Below, piece after piece: positions 38,831 to 49,969 of a DNA stretch of 64,000 nucleotides (its first letter is position 1; each line of letters opens with the position of its first letter). A model generated the notes under the pieces. It searched no databases and was not told the DNA's origin. It saw only the letters and a list, made by a program, of their open reading frames with translations. The DNA is from Chlorokybus atmophyticus (lineage: Eukaryota > Plantae > Mesostigma and Chlorokybus algae), in contig RHPI01002262.1 in NCBI GenBank assembly GCA_009103225.1, positions 1,126,406 to 1,190,405 of the forward strand, in the 5' to 3' direction. Both the position numbers and the translations under genes were made by a program.

Positions 38831-39579
38831 TACTTGACTGTCATTTCATGGCCGCTGCTGCTCTCATGACTGCATGATGAATGATTCATGACTCTTGTTA
38901 ACGTCTACTGTTGCCTACGGCTTACGATTGACTCACAACTTGAGTTACAAGCTCGGCGCTGCAGCTGCAACTTTCAAAAGCAGTCAGAGCAACATTACAG
39001 CGGAAGAGTGGCGGTGAAGGGGGCGGGTGTAGAGCTCAGCACAAAGCACCACGCATACCACATCACACATGATTGATTTTCGTCTCCACCTAAGCCTTTA
39101 CTTCCGTGCTAACTGTTGCTGCACTTGTGCACTTTAATTGGTTGATCAGTGTTTGCTGCTGCTATTCCTGCTTCACCAACGGTATTGCATTACATTGCAA
39201 ATGGGTCACCATGACCTATGCTAAGTTAGCATAGCGTAGTGGGATGGCCGCGGGTGTAATGTAAGCGTGTTGCCTTGCTTGCTTGTTAGCTTGAGTGTTA
39301 CAATTATGGTTTGCTAGTGTGTGCATAGACTGCATGTTTGCAGTATAACTCGTACCCCATGCATGGTGTGCCGGCCATGACACTCAATTTCATCAAAACA
39401 TTCACCATATTACTCATCACCAGGCTACCGATAAGTCTACTCACTACACTACCCCTATCAGCCTGTCTCGTTAGTCATACAAGCATGCAGTCATCATCTG
39501 CACAGCGGCTGTGGTATGGCCGAGCACTACCCTTTAAGCATGTTGAGCGGCATTGTCGCGCTATTCACACCGCCTGTCG

Positions 39580-39910
39580 ATCGGGGACCATATAAGGTCC
39601 GTACCTCCAGACCAGCATTTTCCCCTGCTAAATGAAATTGGCGGACCATGGACGGTCCAACTATCATCAAAGAAGCCATTGTCCCTTGGGACGCACCATG
39701 GCCGGTGCATGACTTCATGAAGTTGTCGGGACCATGTGTGGTCCGAAATTCCATGTAAACATGGACCAAGTTGGTGCCTGCAAGTGAGTAAACATGTGTG
39801 GACCATGTATGGTCCTGGTTGTACTCGTAAACATGGACCAAGGGTGGTCCATGCATGTGAGAATAAGCATGCAGATCAGACCAGCTCTGGTCCGCACCAA
39901 CCATTGCATA
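39580..39910. repeat. GGACCAT/ATGGTCC motif-rich segment, same family as 1790-2090 and 61760-62700
   Basis: Repeated ggaccatg, catggtcc, ggtccgtacct motifs. Confidence 0.4.
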
Positions 39911-41363
39911 TCTGTATGCGAGACCATGAACGGAAATGCATGTGTATTCGATTACATACAACCAGCTATAGAAGACACAACGTGCCATGCCTATAAAGGC
40001 TATCAAAACGACAACCCCATCCTCTAGACTCCAAGCTTGTGTCATCATTCGACTTGCTGGGCCTGCGCACATGTTAGTGTTACATTGCAGGCACTATATG
40101 CATGTGTATGCATGCGTGCACACGCAAGTGCGCGCACGCGCATGCGCATGCAGAGCCGTGCAGTGATGTGCGATTGTGCATGCATTCTTGTTCGTGTGCA
40201 CATGCATGCATGCATCTGAAGAGCTGTACATTGGTGTGCAACTGTGCATGCGCATAGGCAGTTACCGTAATGTGTGACACGAAGACACATGCATGAAAGA
40301 TAGAGGGCAGACCATTGCACCTTGCTGTCGGTGAGAGAATTGTGGCCCAACTCCACTGGTGGCCGGCGAGCAAGCCACAATCACCACTTGAGCTGCTACA
40401 AACTGTCTGCAGCGGTGCACATCCTGCACGCGATTGTGAGTACATACTCACAATGTGTGCGCGTGATTTGGCATGTGTTTGACTAATTACATGGGCTATC
40501 AATTGGTCAAGTTGACCCTCACACACACGTGTGCAAAGCCTGCATATGGGTTAGTAAGTAAGTGTGTGCACCTGGCATTTGTTTGACTGGTTATGGGGAT
40601 TTGGATGGTTGGCCACCTGACAGTCCTCGGCTGTCAGCAGCCAACAGTCCTTTTAACTGCCCTCGGCCAAGGGCTAAAAAGGACTGTTGGCGGCTACCTA
40701 ACAGTCGCGGACTATCATGGGACAGCCTAGGGCTGTCGGCAGGACAGCCCTTCCCACAGCCCTTGGTTGTAACAAGTGGGGCCCGACCATCAGGCTATGG
40801 TAGTAAAAGACACTACCATGTGTGAGGTCAGTCACAATTTATCCCAATTCGTGACATCAGTTGTCTATATGTAAACCAATTAATGCTAGGCACTCGCGTA
40901 ACACACGAACACATGCGCACGCAAACCACACATGTATATATGCACATCTTGATGTTGTTGCAGCTGATCATGAAGTCTAGCAGAGTGAGGGAGAGACCGC
41001 CCCCCCAACCGGTGCGGGTTTGTGTGCCCTACAAAAGCCCGACTATCCACAAAGGGCAGAAGCGGCAGTCATAGATGTAGTATTGCAGGGCCTGCACGCG
41101 TATGTACATGGCACTCAGCGTGTGCAATCGACAAAGTGAGTGCATGCGCGTGCGTTCGTAAGGTGCGACTGTCATTGTTTGTATGCACGTGCATTATTGT
41201 GCATAAGCGTATGTGTGCTTGTGAATGCGAGACTGCTGCATAAAGCAACTGTGCGTGTGTGGGTAGGTGTGCTTGAGGATCAGCAACACTATTCACGTAA
41301 ATGAGCAGCACTGTGCATATGTTGATGTGCATGACTGCAGTTGGGGGGGGGGGGGGGGGGGGG

Positions 41364-41915
41364 ANATGCCGGCGTCGCCGCCGACAACCCTTCAATCCTC
41401 TACCCCAACACCCACACCGCCGGAGACAAGCCGTATCACACCGCCGGCAGCATGGCGCTGCAAGGGGTAGAAAACTGATTGAGGTCCCATCAGTTGATGG
41501 GGCCTTGTATATCAAAAGTATATCACTATGATATATCTCAATATCAAACTGACAAGTAGATATCCTCCCTATAGATAGGGTTGCCGTTAGAGATCTCGCG
41601 TGAGCCAATCAGAGCTCAGATATCAAACGATAAGGTCCTCAACGATAAGGTACCTAACGATAGGGTACCTAGCGACGAGGTACCTAACTTGATATCTGAC
41701 TATAGTGATCGCATATATGATATGCGACACTAAATAGGCGTGATAGGCGGTTCTACACCCATTGGGACTTATCCAAGCTATAATAAAATATTATAAGCTT
41801 TGATAAGCGAGGAACCGTAGAAAAGAGGTATAAATAAGTATTTAAATATACTTATTCATACAAAATGTGTCATTTAGGTAGCAATAATACCCCTATTACT
41901 ATTGCTCCCGTTACA
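41364..41915 (-). repeat. Outer element 3' LTR (outer few bases lost in poly-G/N)
   Basis: Near-identical to 59492-60067 (about 11 substitutions and 2 indels by eye); ends ...cccgttaca; four 15-bp tandem units aacgata(a/g)ggt(a/c)cct-like inside. Confidence 0.93.
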
Positions 41916-41926
41916 TTCCCCCCCAC
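41916..41926 (-). other. Polypurine tract of outer element
   Basis: Minus strand gtgggggggaa immediately before the TGTAAC start of the 3' LTR. Confidence 0.8.
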
Positions 41927-42955
41927 TTAGGATTTCAACGTCGTCATTGAACTCAAGTTGATCAGGCTTAGGTACGAGTAATTGATACCAGTGAGATAGC
42001 AGGCAATGACAGGGTGGTTATCAAACTGCACTGCCAGTCTGTCATAAACCAAGCCCACAGGGTATGGGTTGGGATGTGAATCCCAATAAGCTCGAAGCAA
42101 CTCGCGGCAGTGCGTAAGATGCCTGTCGGGCTCCCAACTGTTATGTTCCGGGCCATACCCTTTCCACTTCACCAAATAGCGGGTAGCGCGTCCTCGACTA
42201 TTTAGCTTATGGTCCAATATAGCTTCCACCTCGTATTCGAGCTCGCTGTCCACCTGAACTGGAGGCTGTGTTCTACCGTTCGAGCGGTAAGGTTTCAACA
42301 AGTTCACATGGAACACGTCGTGTATACGCATGCTCGGGGGCAACTGCAGTCGGTAAGCGTGCGTACCAACTCTATCAGTGATAGAGAAAGGACCTAACCA
42401 TTGGGGCAGCAACTTGCGAGCACCCGTACCTTTGATGGTTATGTTTTTTGCATTAAGTAAAACTTTATCGCCGACAGCGAAGGTGGGGCCATTCTGCGAT
42501 GTGCATCGGCATAAGCTTTTTGCATGTCTTGTGCTGCTGACAGACATAGCTTTGCTCGAGCCAAATCTTCCTGCATAGCAATGGCAAAATCTGTTGCCGC
42601 TGGTACAGTAAGGGCATTGCGAGGTACGCGCAATGACGCTGGTGTGTTCGGGTGAATCCCATAATTCAAGCAGAATGGGGTTTCCTTTACACTTTCCTGC
42701 CACGCATTGTTTACAGCGAACTCTGCCATTGGCAAGTACCTGTCCCAATCAGAGTGATCAAAAGCCACATAATGGCGAAGCATTTCTTCCAGGATTTAAT
42801 ATGATCGTTCGGTTTGCCCGTGTGTTTGCGGGTGGAAAGCCGTCGACATGCTTTGTTTGACCCCCAACAAATCACAGATTTCTCTCCAAAACTTGGAAAC
42901 AAACCGAGGGTCACGATCTGTGATGAGTTCAGGAGGTACACCGGGAACTCTGAAG
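41927..42955 (-). pseudogene. Outer element integrase C-terminal half plus chromodomain (stops and frameshift)
   Basis: PGVPPELITDRDPRFVSKFW...STAFHPQTHGQTER, AEFAVNNA, KLLPQWLGPF...IHDVFHVNLLKPY (GPY/F module), and chromodomain EYEVEAILDHK...YLVKWKGYGPEHNSWEP. Confidence 0.9.
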
Positions 42956-44027
42956 TGTCGGGTCGAGAGGAGTCAAGGATCACGCTGTCTCGGACAGCTG
43001 CATGGACAGCCATGCTGTGCTGGACATGCTGATGCGCCACCTGTGTAACGCGTAGCAAAAACAGAAAGATGACCTCCACCCTCATGGTGACAAGTGCTTC
43101 GTGCAGCTGGTGTGCTGCTGTTGGGTAGTACGGGCAGATGGAGTCGGTGTTCCCCCTGCGAACATGCTGTGCTGTAGCATACAAAGTCAACAAGCCACTA
43201 CGATAGGTAGTGCTGTATACACAGTTCTTTGCGTGAGTGGAAGAGAAATTACACTGTTAAGTGAGGTGAATGAGCAAGCAACACGTGGATGCTATGCCTT
43301 GACTGATGCCAACAAGCACACCGCGACCAAGTACACAAAGCTCACAGCACGGACGAGCACAGTGCACGAGAACATGCACAGGCTCTCACACGATGAGGGG
43401 ATTCTTGGGAACCAGGACGGTGTGTTTCGTAGTTCAAGTCGCTTCACAAGCTCCTAGCTTTCTCACTTACAGTGTCACCAGCTGATCCGGTGAACACTGT
43501 GCCTACTTATACAAGTCAACTCATGACTGTCCAGAACATAAGCTAACGGTCATATCGAGGCTATTTCCACATGACATTACCACTCGATGTAGAACCTGAC
43601 TTATAAGGGAACTCACAACTGAACAGCTACGCGCGGTGCCTATGTAGGCTATGGTCATGAGCTACTCCAGGGACATGACTAGCTACTGGTCAAAGACGCG
43701 CGCGGGTTGCCATGCTGGTAAGCCGGGCGAGGGTCTCGCTGTAGGCATGCCCGATGATGATTGGCATGCTTGGGCGATAGGCATGACAGCTGTCGGGTCG
43801 AGAGGAGTCGAGGGTCACGCTGTTTCGGACAGCTGCATGGACAGCCATGCTGTGCTGGACATGCTGCTGCGCCACCTGTGTAACGCGTAGCAAAGACAGA
43901 AAGATGACCTCCACCCTCATGGTGACAAGTGCTTCGTGCAGCTGGTGTGCTGCTGCTGGGTAGTGCGGGCAGATGGAGTCGGTGTTCCCCCTGCGAACAT
44001 GCTGTGCTGTAGCATACAAAGTCAACA
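42956..44027 (-). repeat. Inner element composite 3' terminal repeat block (A-B-gc-A')
   Basis: A and A' are both 237 bp with about 7 mismatches. B matches 53352-53934 with about 13 substitutions and 3 indels. The B/A' junction is the palindrome gacagctgtc. Confidence 0.92.
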
Positions 44028-44029
44028 AG

Positions 44030-44040
44030 CCCACCCCCCT
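44030..44040 (-). other. Polypurine tract of inner element
   Basis: Minus strand aggggggtggg, then ct, then TGTTGAC (start of repeat A'); lies just after the pol stop at 44078. Confidence 0.75.
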
Positions 44041-44077
44041 GAGCTCTTGGGAAGGTCCCAGCTCCAGAGCTCAGCTG

Positions 44078-47000
44078 CTAGTGCAAGTGAGGAGGGCCGT
44101 TGGTACGGCAGTCGTCGCACCAATATTCTTCCATAGGTATCGTGTCCAAAGGTGGCTCCAGGCAGTAGCAATGCAGGCCCTTGTTGCAGCCATCGCAGAG
44201 CATCATGAGTGCGTCGTCGCCGGCGCTGCCGCAGTGTTCACAGCGTTTGCTGCGCGCGGGACGAGGGTGCTGGATACGCCCAAAGCCGGCTACGTAAGGA
44301 AGGTGACATGGCGCACAGTTCACCATGTTGTCCTTCAACCTCTCTCCGTTCTGACCAAGGAGGTCCAGCACCCCTGTGGGGTACACTTTGAGTACCTTGT
44401 AGACGGTGCGGCCTACGGAGGTGTCAAGCGTGTCTTTGGTGGCTGCCATGCGATAGGCAAAGTCCCCCGCTTGGAACCGCCGTTGGCGCTCCTTGTAGAA
44501 GCCGCTGCGTACGCGCTCGTAACGCAGCGTGTCGCGATGCTGCGCGATGCGCAGGTTGTTGAAGGACATGGGGACGGTGCGCTCGAAAAGCGCGGCGCGC
44601 GTGATGATGTCGTGATGCATCCAGTCAGGGTCGTTGAAGTTGTTCACGACGCGATCCACCTCCTGCTGCGCACGGAAGGGGAGCAATGGTGGTCGCCCGA
44701 ACAGCAGGTAGTACGGGCTGTACTCCCGCAGAGCCGCCTGCTTTGACAATCGATATCCAAGGGCCACCCATGGGAGGTGGTCATCCCAAGTGTTCTTCTC
44801 GTACTCCAGCACGTATTTGCGGAGTGCCTTCTTGATGGTCTGTACCGTACGCTCGGCGAGGCCGTCGGCTTGAGGGTGATCACGCGAGGTACGGCGGTGG
44901 TCGATGTAACATTTGTCCAAGAGGGTGTCGAATTCCCCTCTGAACTCAGTACCTTGGTCAATGATGACCTCGGCGCAACTGCCAAATCGGCTTAGAACGT
45001 GAGAGAGGAAGGCTTGAGACACCCCCCTGCTACTCTTGTCGGGTAATGGCACCAGCTCCACCCATTTGGAGAAGTGCTCGATCATGACCAGGATGTAACG
45101 GTTGCCACGTGCTGAGGGTGCCAAGTCCCCCAAGATGTCGAGTCCCCATCGGTAAAAGAGACCGAAGATGGGGAGTGGGTGCAAGGTGGCGCTACGCGTG
45201 TTGAGGCTGGCGCGCACCATGTCACACTGCTGGCAGTGGTTGACGAACCTTTGCACCTGTTTTGTTAAGCCATACCACCAATATTGTGCCCTCACTAGGC
45301 TGACTGTACGCTTGACACCGAAGTGTCCAAGCTCAGTGTGGAGGGAAGTGATGATGCCCTCGCGCGTGACTGGTGTCGGCACTTCCTTGTCTTCGTCGTG
45401 GAGGCGGCGATACAGCTTGTCACGTGCCCATCCACAGTGACGGGTGCGTTGGTTGACCCGGTCCTTCTCTTGAGCGCTCATGCCGGAGGGAAGATGGCCA
45501 CTTTGAAGAAAGGAGAGTGATGGCTTGTCATGCCATATGTCCTGCCTGGTGTCGATGGGCGCCAGCTCTGTGTCATCGACGTCCATGTCGGCTGCGTGGG
45601 CGTCTCTTAAGGGTGTGGTTGCCGCAGGGTCGGTAGACTCAAGGGCAGGAATCTCCTCTACCACTGCTGAGGCCGTGGTGTTGGTCTTGCGCCCTGAGCG
45701 CAACGCGGCAGCAGCAAACATGGCTGCCATGGTGGGGGCTGTTGCTGCAGGGATGAGCTCATGCCGCGCTCCAGTTGCGTCGTTGGTGTTGAGGTGAGGG
45801 TTGCGACTGAGGCCATCGGCATCTTGGTTGGTGAGGCCAGCGCGGTGGTCAATCTTGAAGTCGTATTCCTGTAACAGCAGGGCCCATCGAGCAAGTTTCC
45901 CTATCAGATGTTGGTTGGTCATCAGCCACTTGAGGGGCTGATGATCGGTGATCAGTTGGAACTGTCGACCAAAGAGGAAAGGTCGGAAGAAGGAGATGGC
46001 CCACACTGCAGCGAGGCACTCCCCTTCATAGCTGCTGTAGTTGGCCTCGGCGCTGTTGTTGCTTCGGCTGGCGTATGACACCACCCGTTCCTTTTTGTTC
46101 TCATTGTGCTGCACCAGCACCGCTCCCATTCCCAGCTTGCTGCAGTCGGTGTGAAGGATGAAAGGCTTGGTGTAGTTCGGACGTTGAAGGATGGGAGCGC
46201 TGGTGAGCCTGCTCTTCAGCTTCTCGAAGGCCTGCTGTTGCGGCTCCTTCCATGCGAACTCCACCTCCTTCTTCAGTAGCTCGTTGAGGGGCCTTGCGAT
46301 CTTCGCGAAGTCCTTCACGAACCGGCTATAGTAGTTGGCCAGTCCCAAGAAAGCGCGCAGGCGTGTGAGGTCTGTCGGGGCAGGGATAGCTGCCAGAGCC
46401 TCTACTTTTGCCTGCTGCACATACGCACCATGGGGCATAATCATGTGCCTTAAGTACGGCACCTTGTGGGTGAAGAAGGTACACTTGTCGGGGTGTACGG
46501 TCATCCCCACTCCCTTGAGCCGTTCCAGCACCGCTTTGATGTGCTGAAGATGCTCTTCGTTGCTGCGGCTGAAGATGAGGATGTCATCGATGTAGCACCG
46601 CGCACAATCCAGCCCTTTCAAGGCTTTGTCCATGACGCGTTTAAACTTGGCGGGGGCATTCTTCAACCCGAATGGCATTACCTTCCATTGGTACAACTGT
46701 CGGTTGCCCCAGAAGGAGGTCTTGTGCTTGTCCTCGTCCTTGATGGCGATTTGGTTGTACCCCTGACGTATGTCCAGGTTGCTGAAGACTGTGCAGTCTC
46801 CCACATCATCAAAAATACCCTCTGCTGTGGGCATGGGGTACCGGTCTTGCTTGGTCTTGTTGTTGAGGGGGCGATAGTCGCCACACATGCGTCGCTCTGT
46901 CCAGTTGCCTGCTGAATCCTTCTTCAGTGGCATGACGGTTGCTGCTGCGAAGTCCGATGTGGACTCTTCGATAAGGCCTGCATCCATCAGCGCCTTACAT

Positions 47001-48346
47001 CTTTGTTCCACCAAGTCTTCTTCCAACTTGGAGAGCCTGTATTGTCGTCGGAACACCGGCTCAGTGTCTACCAGCTCGATGTCCATCTGGTACACTGAGC
47101 ATGTACCCAATTCCTTCACATTGAAGCTGAATTGGCTCCTCCATTTGTTGAGGAGAGCCTCCAGCTTCTCTCGAGTGTCTTCTGTGGCCAACGGGCCAAT
47201 GGCATGGTCCCAGGAGGTTGCATTGGCAACCACATGAATGTCCTCCACTGTCACTGCTGCTTGCTCCTCCATGTGGATCACCTCGAGGGCTGTGTGAGCT
47301 GCCTTGGTGTCGGCCACGCGATCAGCCCACCCCCCAGCCAAGTGTTCGAGATCCTCAAAGGACACGTGGCGGTCCTGCAACGCGAAGTTCAGCTCCAGCA
47401 GCCGTACCATGCTATTCTGGTCCATGGCGCGACCAAGCAGCTGGCATTGCTGGCTGTCCGTCAGCGATGAGCCCGTGATGCTGTTGGGGAAGAATCCCAT
47501 GGCGCGTGCACGTTCGCGTGCATTGGGTTCTTCCAGCCTGTTGTTGGTCGCATCGAACACCATCCCGTCACCACCGTTCCGAAATGCGTAGGAGCCCGGG
47601 TAGGACACCAATGTTGGGAGTGCGCGACGGGGCTGACCGGGCTGATTGCACGGGTAGAAGTGGTTGTGGTCATGACGCAGGACAGGTTGTGCTGTGCGGC
47701 CGGGGTCAAGGATGTCATCGACCAGCAGGTTGCGCGGCCGGGCGCTGCGCGTGTATTCGGCGGTCATGAGTTCCTCCACGCTGGCCAAGTTTGTCCATTT
47801 GGCACGTACACGATGTGCGCGCGAGCCATGTCGTGCCGCGTTTACCTTGAGTGGGTGCCCCAGAATGGAGCAAACTTGTCGGTAGCTGGAGGCCACGTGC
47901 GGACGCTTGTCGTCCTCTGAATGCACATTTTCGATGACGTACCCCAGGGGTCTGGAGATTTGGTGGTGTTGAAGGAGGTGGATGATTCTCATCAGCTCCC
48001 AGAGCAGCCCGGAGCGAGGGTTTTCGAGGCCTTGCCCCTTGCCTGCCTTGGAGTGCCCTTGACATTCCCATTCAGCTATTAACAGGTCGACGTTGCCGAG
48101 GGACAGTAGGTGATCTTCAGTGATCAGCCGGATGTCCTGTGGCAATGCTTTGAGGCTGCCTTGCAATGCCGAGAGGGGCAGTTGACGTGGATACCTGGCG
48201 TGCAGTTGGCGTAAGTGGTGCTTGAGGACCATTTGCGCGTGTGGGTCTGGGTCGCAATAATAGTACTTGACAACCTTAACGCCTGTGTTGAGGACCGCAG
48301 CAAGACCGCTGCCAATGCCTCCAAACAGCTCCAACACTGTGATGCC
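44078..48346 (-). CDS. Inner element pol: C5 cytosine methyltransferase - RT - RNase H - integrase (HHCC, DDE) - PHD finger; 1419-aa open frame from 48337
   Basis: MTase motif I LELFGGIGSG, IV DLLIAEWECQGHS, VI YVIENV, VIII GSRAHRVRAKWTNL, X LLGRAMD; RT WTERRMCGDYRPLN, MPFGLKNAP, YIDD (46594-46583); RH FILHTD, YEGECLA, ITDHQPL; IN HTELGH...CQQC, WGLD, DQGTEF, DGLAER; PHD CEHC...CDGCNKGLHCYC...WCDDC (44242-44108). Confidence 0.95.
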   Translation of the reverse strand, partial: GITVLELFGGIGSGLAAVLNTGVKVVKYYYCDPDPHAQMVLKHHLRQLHARYPRQLPLSALQGSLKALPQDIRLITEDHLLSLGNVDLLIAEWECQGHSKAGKGQGLENPRSGLLWELMRIIHLLQHHQISRPLGYVIENVHSEDDKRPHVASSYRQVCSILGHPLKVNAARHGSRAHRVRAKWTNLASVEELMTAEYTRSARPRNLLVDDILDPGRTAQPVLRHDHNHFYPCNQPGQPRRALPTLVSYPGSYAFRNGGDGMVFDATNNRLEEPNARERARAMGFFPNSITGSSLTDSQQCQLLGRAMDQNSMVRLLELNFALQDRHVSFEDLEHLAGGWADRVADTKAAHTALEVIHMEEQAAVTVEDIHVVANATSWDHAIGPLATEDTREKLEALLNKWRSQFSFNVKELGTCSVYQMDIELVDTEPVFRRQYRLSKLEEDLVEQRCKALMDAGLIEESTSDFAAATVMPLKKDSAGNWTERRMCGDYRPLNNKTKQDRYPMPTAEGIFDDVGDCTVFSNLDIRQGYNQIAIKDEDKHKTSFWGNRQLYQWKVMPFGLKNAPAKFKRVMDKALKGLDCARCYIDDILIFSRSNEEHLQHIKAVLERLKGVGMTVHPDKCTFFTHKVPYLRHMIMPHGAYVQQAKVEALAAIPAPTDLTRLRAFLGLANYYSRFVKDFAKIARPLNELLKKEVEFAWKEPQQQAFEKLKSRLTSAPILQRPNYTKPFILHTDCSKLGMGAVLVQHNENKKERVVSYASRSNNSAEANYSSYEGECLAAVWAISFFRPFLFGRQFQLITDHQPLKWLMTNQHLIGKLARWALLLQEYDFKIDHRAGLTNQDADGLSRNPHLNTNDATGARHELIPAATAPTMAAMFAAAALRSGRKTNTTASAVVEEIPALESTDPAATTPLRDAHAADMDVDDTELAPIDTRQDIWHDKPSLSFLQSGHLPSGMSAQEKDRVNQRTRHCGWARDKLYRRLHDEDKEVPTPVTREGIITSLHTELGHFGVKRTVSLVRAQYWWYGLTKQVQRFVNHCQQCDMVRASLNTRSATLHPLPIFGLFYRWGLDILGDLAPSARGNRYILVMIEHFSKWVELVPLPDKSSRGVSQAFLSHVLSRFGSCAEVIIDQGTEFRGEFDTLLDKCYIDHRRTSRDHPQADGLAERTVQTIKKALRKYVLEYEKNTWDDHLPWVALGYRLSKQAALREYSPYYLLFGRPPLLPFRAQQEVDRVVNNFNDPDWMHHDIITRAALFERTVPMSFNNLRIAQHRDTLRYERVRSGFYKERQRRFQAGDFAYRMAATKDTLDTSVGRTVYKVLKVYPTGVLDLLGQNGERLKDNMVNCAPCHLPYVAGFGRIQHPRPARSKRCEHCGSAGDDALMMLCDGCNKGLHCYCLEPPLDTIPMEEYWCDDCRTNGPPHLH

Positions 48347-49969
48347 CTATTGTCTGCGAAAGCTGTGGAACTCCACCACTCCGGTGGCCACCATATGGTG
48401 GTCCCGCACCTTGACATGGCTTCGGTAGTTGGGGAAGCGCATGGTGAGCAGTGGATGGCTGAGCAAGATGTGTGCGTCCAGCTGTGCGCGCCAGCGCCGT
48501 TCAGCTAGGTCTTGTAATGCTACTTCCACGGTGGCATCCTCCTGCTCCTCGTTGTACGGGATGGGAGAGGAGTCGCCGGTTTGACACGGGGCCGTGGCAC
48601 CAGCAGCGACTTGCGTCCGAGCGCCATCGTATGTGGCCATTACAGCCTTCCGGGTGCGGGCGTGGCTGCGTGTGGCCATGGCAGCCATTTTGCGTTGGGC
48701 GCGCGTGCGCGAGACCAACTTGAGAGGCAGGAAACCCTGTACCACTCCGTCATCCTCATCCCAATGTGGCCGAAACCACGCTCGCTCTGTCCAGCAGTCG
48801 AGGCCCATGCCCACAGGGAAGTAGAAGTCCTGCCCAAGCAGAAAGTCGAAGGAGCCGGCATTGATGACCACACATTGCTGGACGATCTCGGTTGTGTGGG
48901 TTGGGTCCAGCCCTGTCAACCGAATGCAAAAAGCCTCCCTGGTGACTCCCATCACCTTATCTCGGCTACCTGTGGTCGTGTCCAACACGTACGGGCAAGG
49001 CACCAAGTCGGAGCTGGTTATGCCTAGGGACCGCGCGAGGAAGCGCCCGATGATGACACGCTGTGCTCCGGTGTCCAACATTACCCGCTTGGGTGCCAGA
49101 CCGTTGATGGTAACGTGCTTGCCTTGGTTGGCTACCATGGCAGCATTGGCGTCGATACGCAGCCTCTTCATACGAGGTGTCTGTACCTCTGACTCAGTTG
49201 TCTCAGCTAGAGGTGCTGAGCGCATGGCAGCCAGAGCTCCTCTGCCTGCTGGGTCCGGAGAACCCCCTCCTTGCCCTCCCCCTCTGCCGAACCGACCTTG
49301 TCGTGGTGGTTGGTAGACACGGGGGGGCCTCGGTGCTGGAGGTTCCGGCGCTGGTTGTGGTGGCGGCGCAGGTGGATGACGCCTCTGCGAAGCTGGAATC
49401 ATGCCCGCGGGTGTACCCAATGGCTGTGGAGGAAACCCCGGTGGACCCGGTGTTTGTGGGCCTGCCTCGCGTTCAGCTTGCTCCGCGGCGTACGTCCATC
49501 AAACAGCATGAGCCGCTTCTCTGACCAATGTCCCCTCCCACGTGGCCGTGGGCTCGGTGTCCGTGTCGGTCCAACGATGATATTGAGGCATGGGCTGCAG
49601 GTATACGGCGCGTAATAGCTGTCGCCGCATGTCGTGAGTGATGGTCGGGACTCGCAAGATCCCTGCCATGTAGGCATCCCATCTTCCTTGTACCACTCCC
49701 ACATCGAGCACGGTCATGGCGCGAGCGCGTAGGGTGCGCTGGAGGTCAGTCTGCTGTGCGTGTACCTCATGAGCAATGGCGATGTGCCGCCGTTGCCGTG
49801 CGGCTTCCACCCCTGGCAGCCGCAGCGATTGCCTCTTGCACTCCCTCCAGCGTGTCCGGGGCTGTGGTGGCAGCCTCGTCGTATGCTTGTCGCAGCGAAC
49901 GAACGAATGCCCCCAACCATGATGCTCGGTTGCCAAAGGCAAACAGGGGGACAGCAGGGTGATTGGCAA
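48347..49969 (-). pseudogene. Inner element aspartic protease region, in frame with pol but separated by TAG (48347-48349); also TGA at 49499
   Basis: VMLDTGAQRVII and FDFLLGQDF retropepsin motifs; RRQ*GITVLELFGGIG runs in frame into the MTase. Confidence 0.85.

Noticed and set aside
41330-41363. TSD of the outer element (catgactgcag left versus catggctgcaa right) and the poly-G as a biological G-quadruplex
   Set aside because: The left junction is replaced by poly-G plus an N, the resemblance is imperfect and not adjacent to the LTR, and poly-G beside Ns is a common sequencing or assembly artefact.
44078-48337. Domestication of the DNMT-RT-IN-PHD ORF, since it is open while upstream has six lesions
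   Set aside because: Apparent missense hits at normally conserved positions (VPYLRH for LGH, HTDCS, IIDQG) suggest neutral decay, and there is no ATG or promoter dedicated to this ORF; needs dN/dS.
22613-48346. Functional coupling of the host ADD-only gene with the retroelement DNMT (DNMT3/DNMT3L-like pairing)
   Set aside because: They are over 20 kb apart, the element is a recent decaying insertion, and nothing in the sequence links them.
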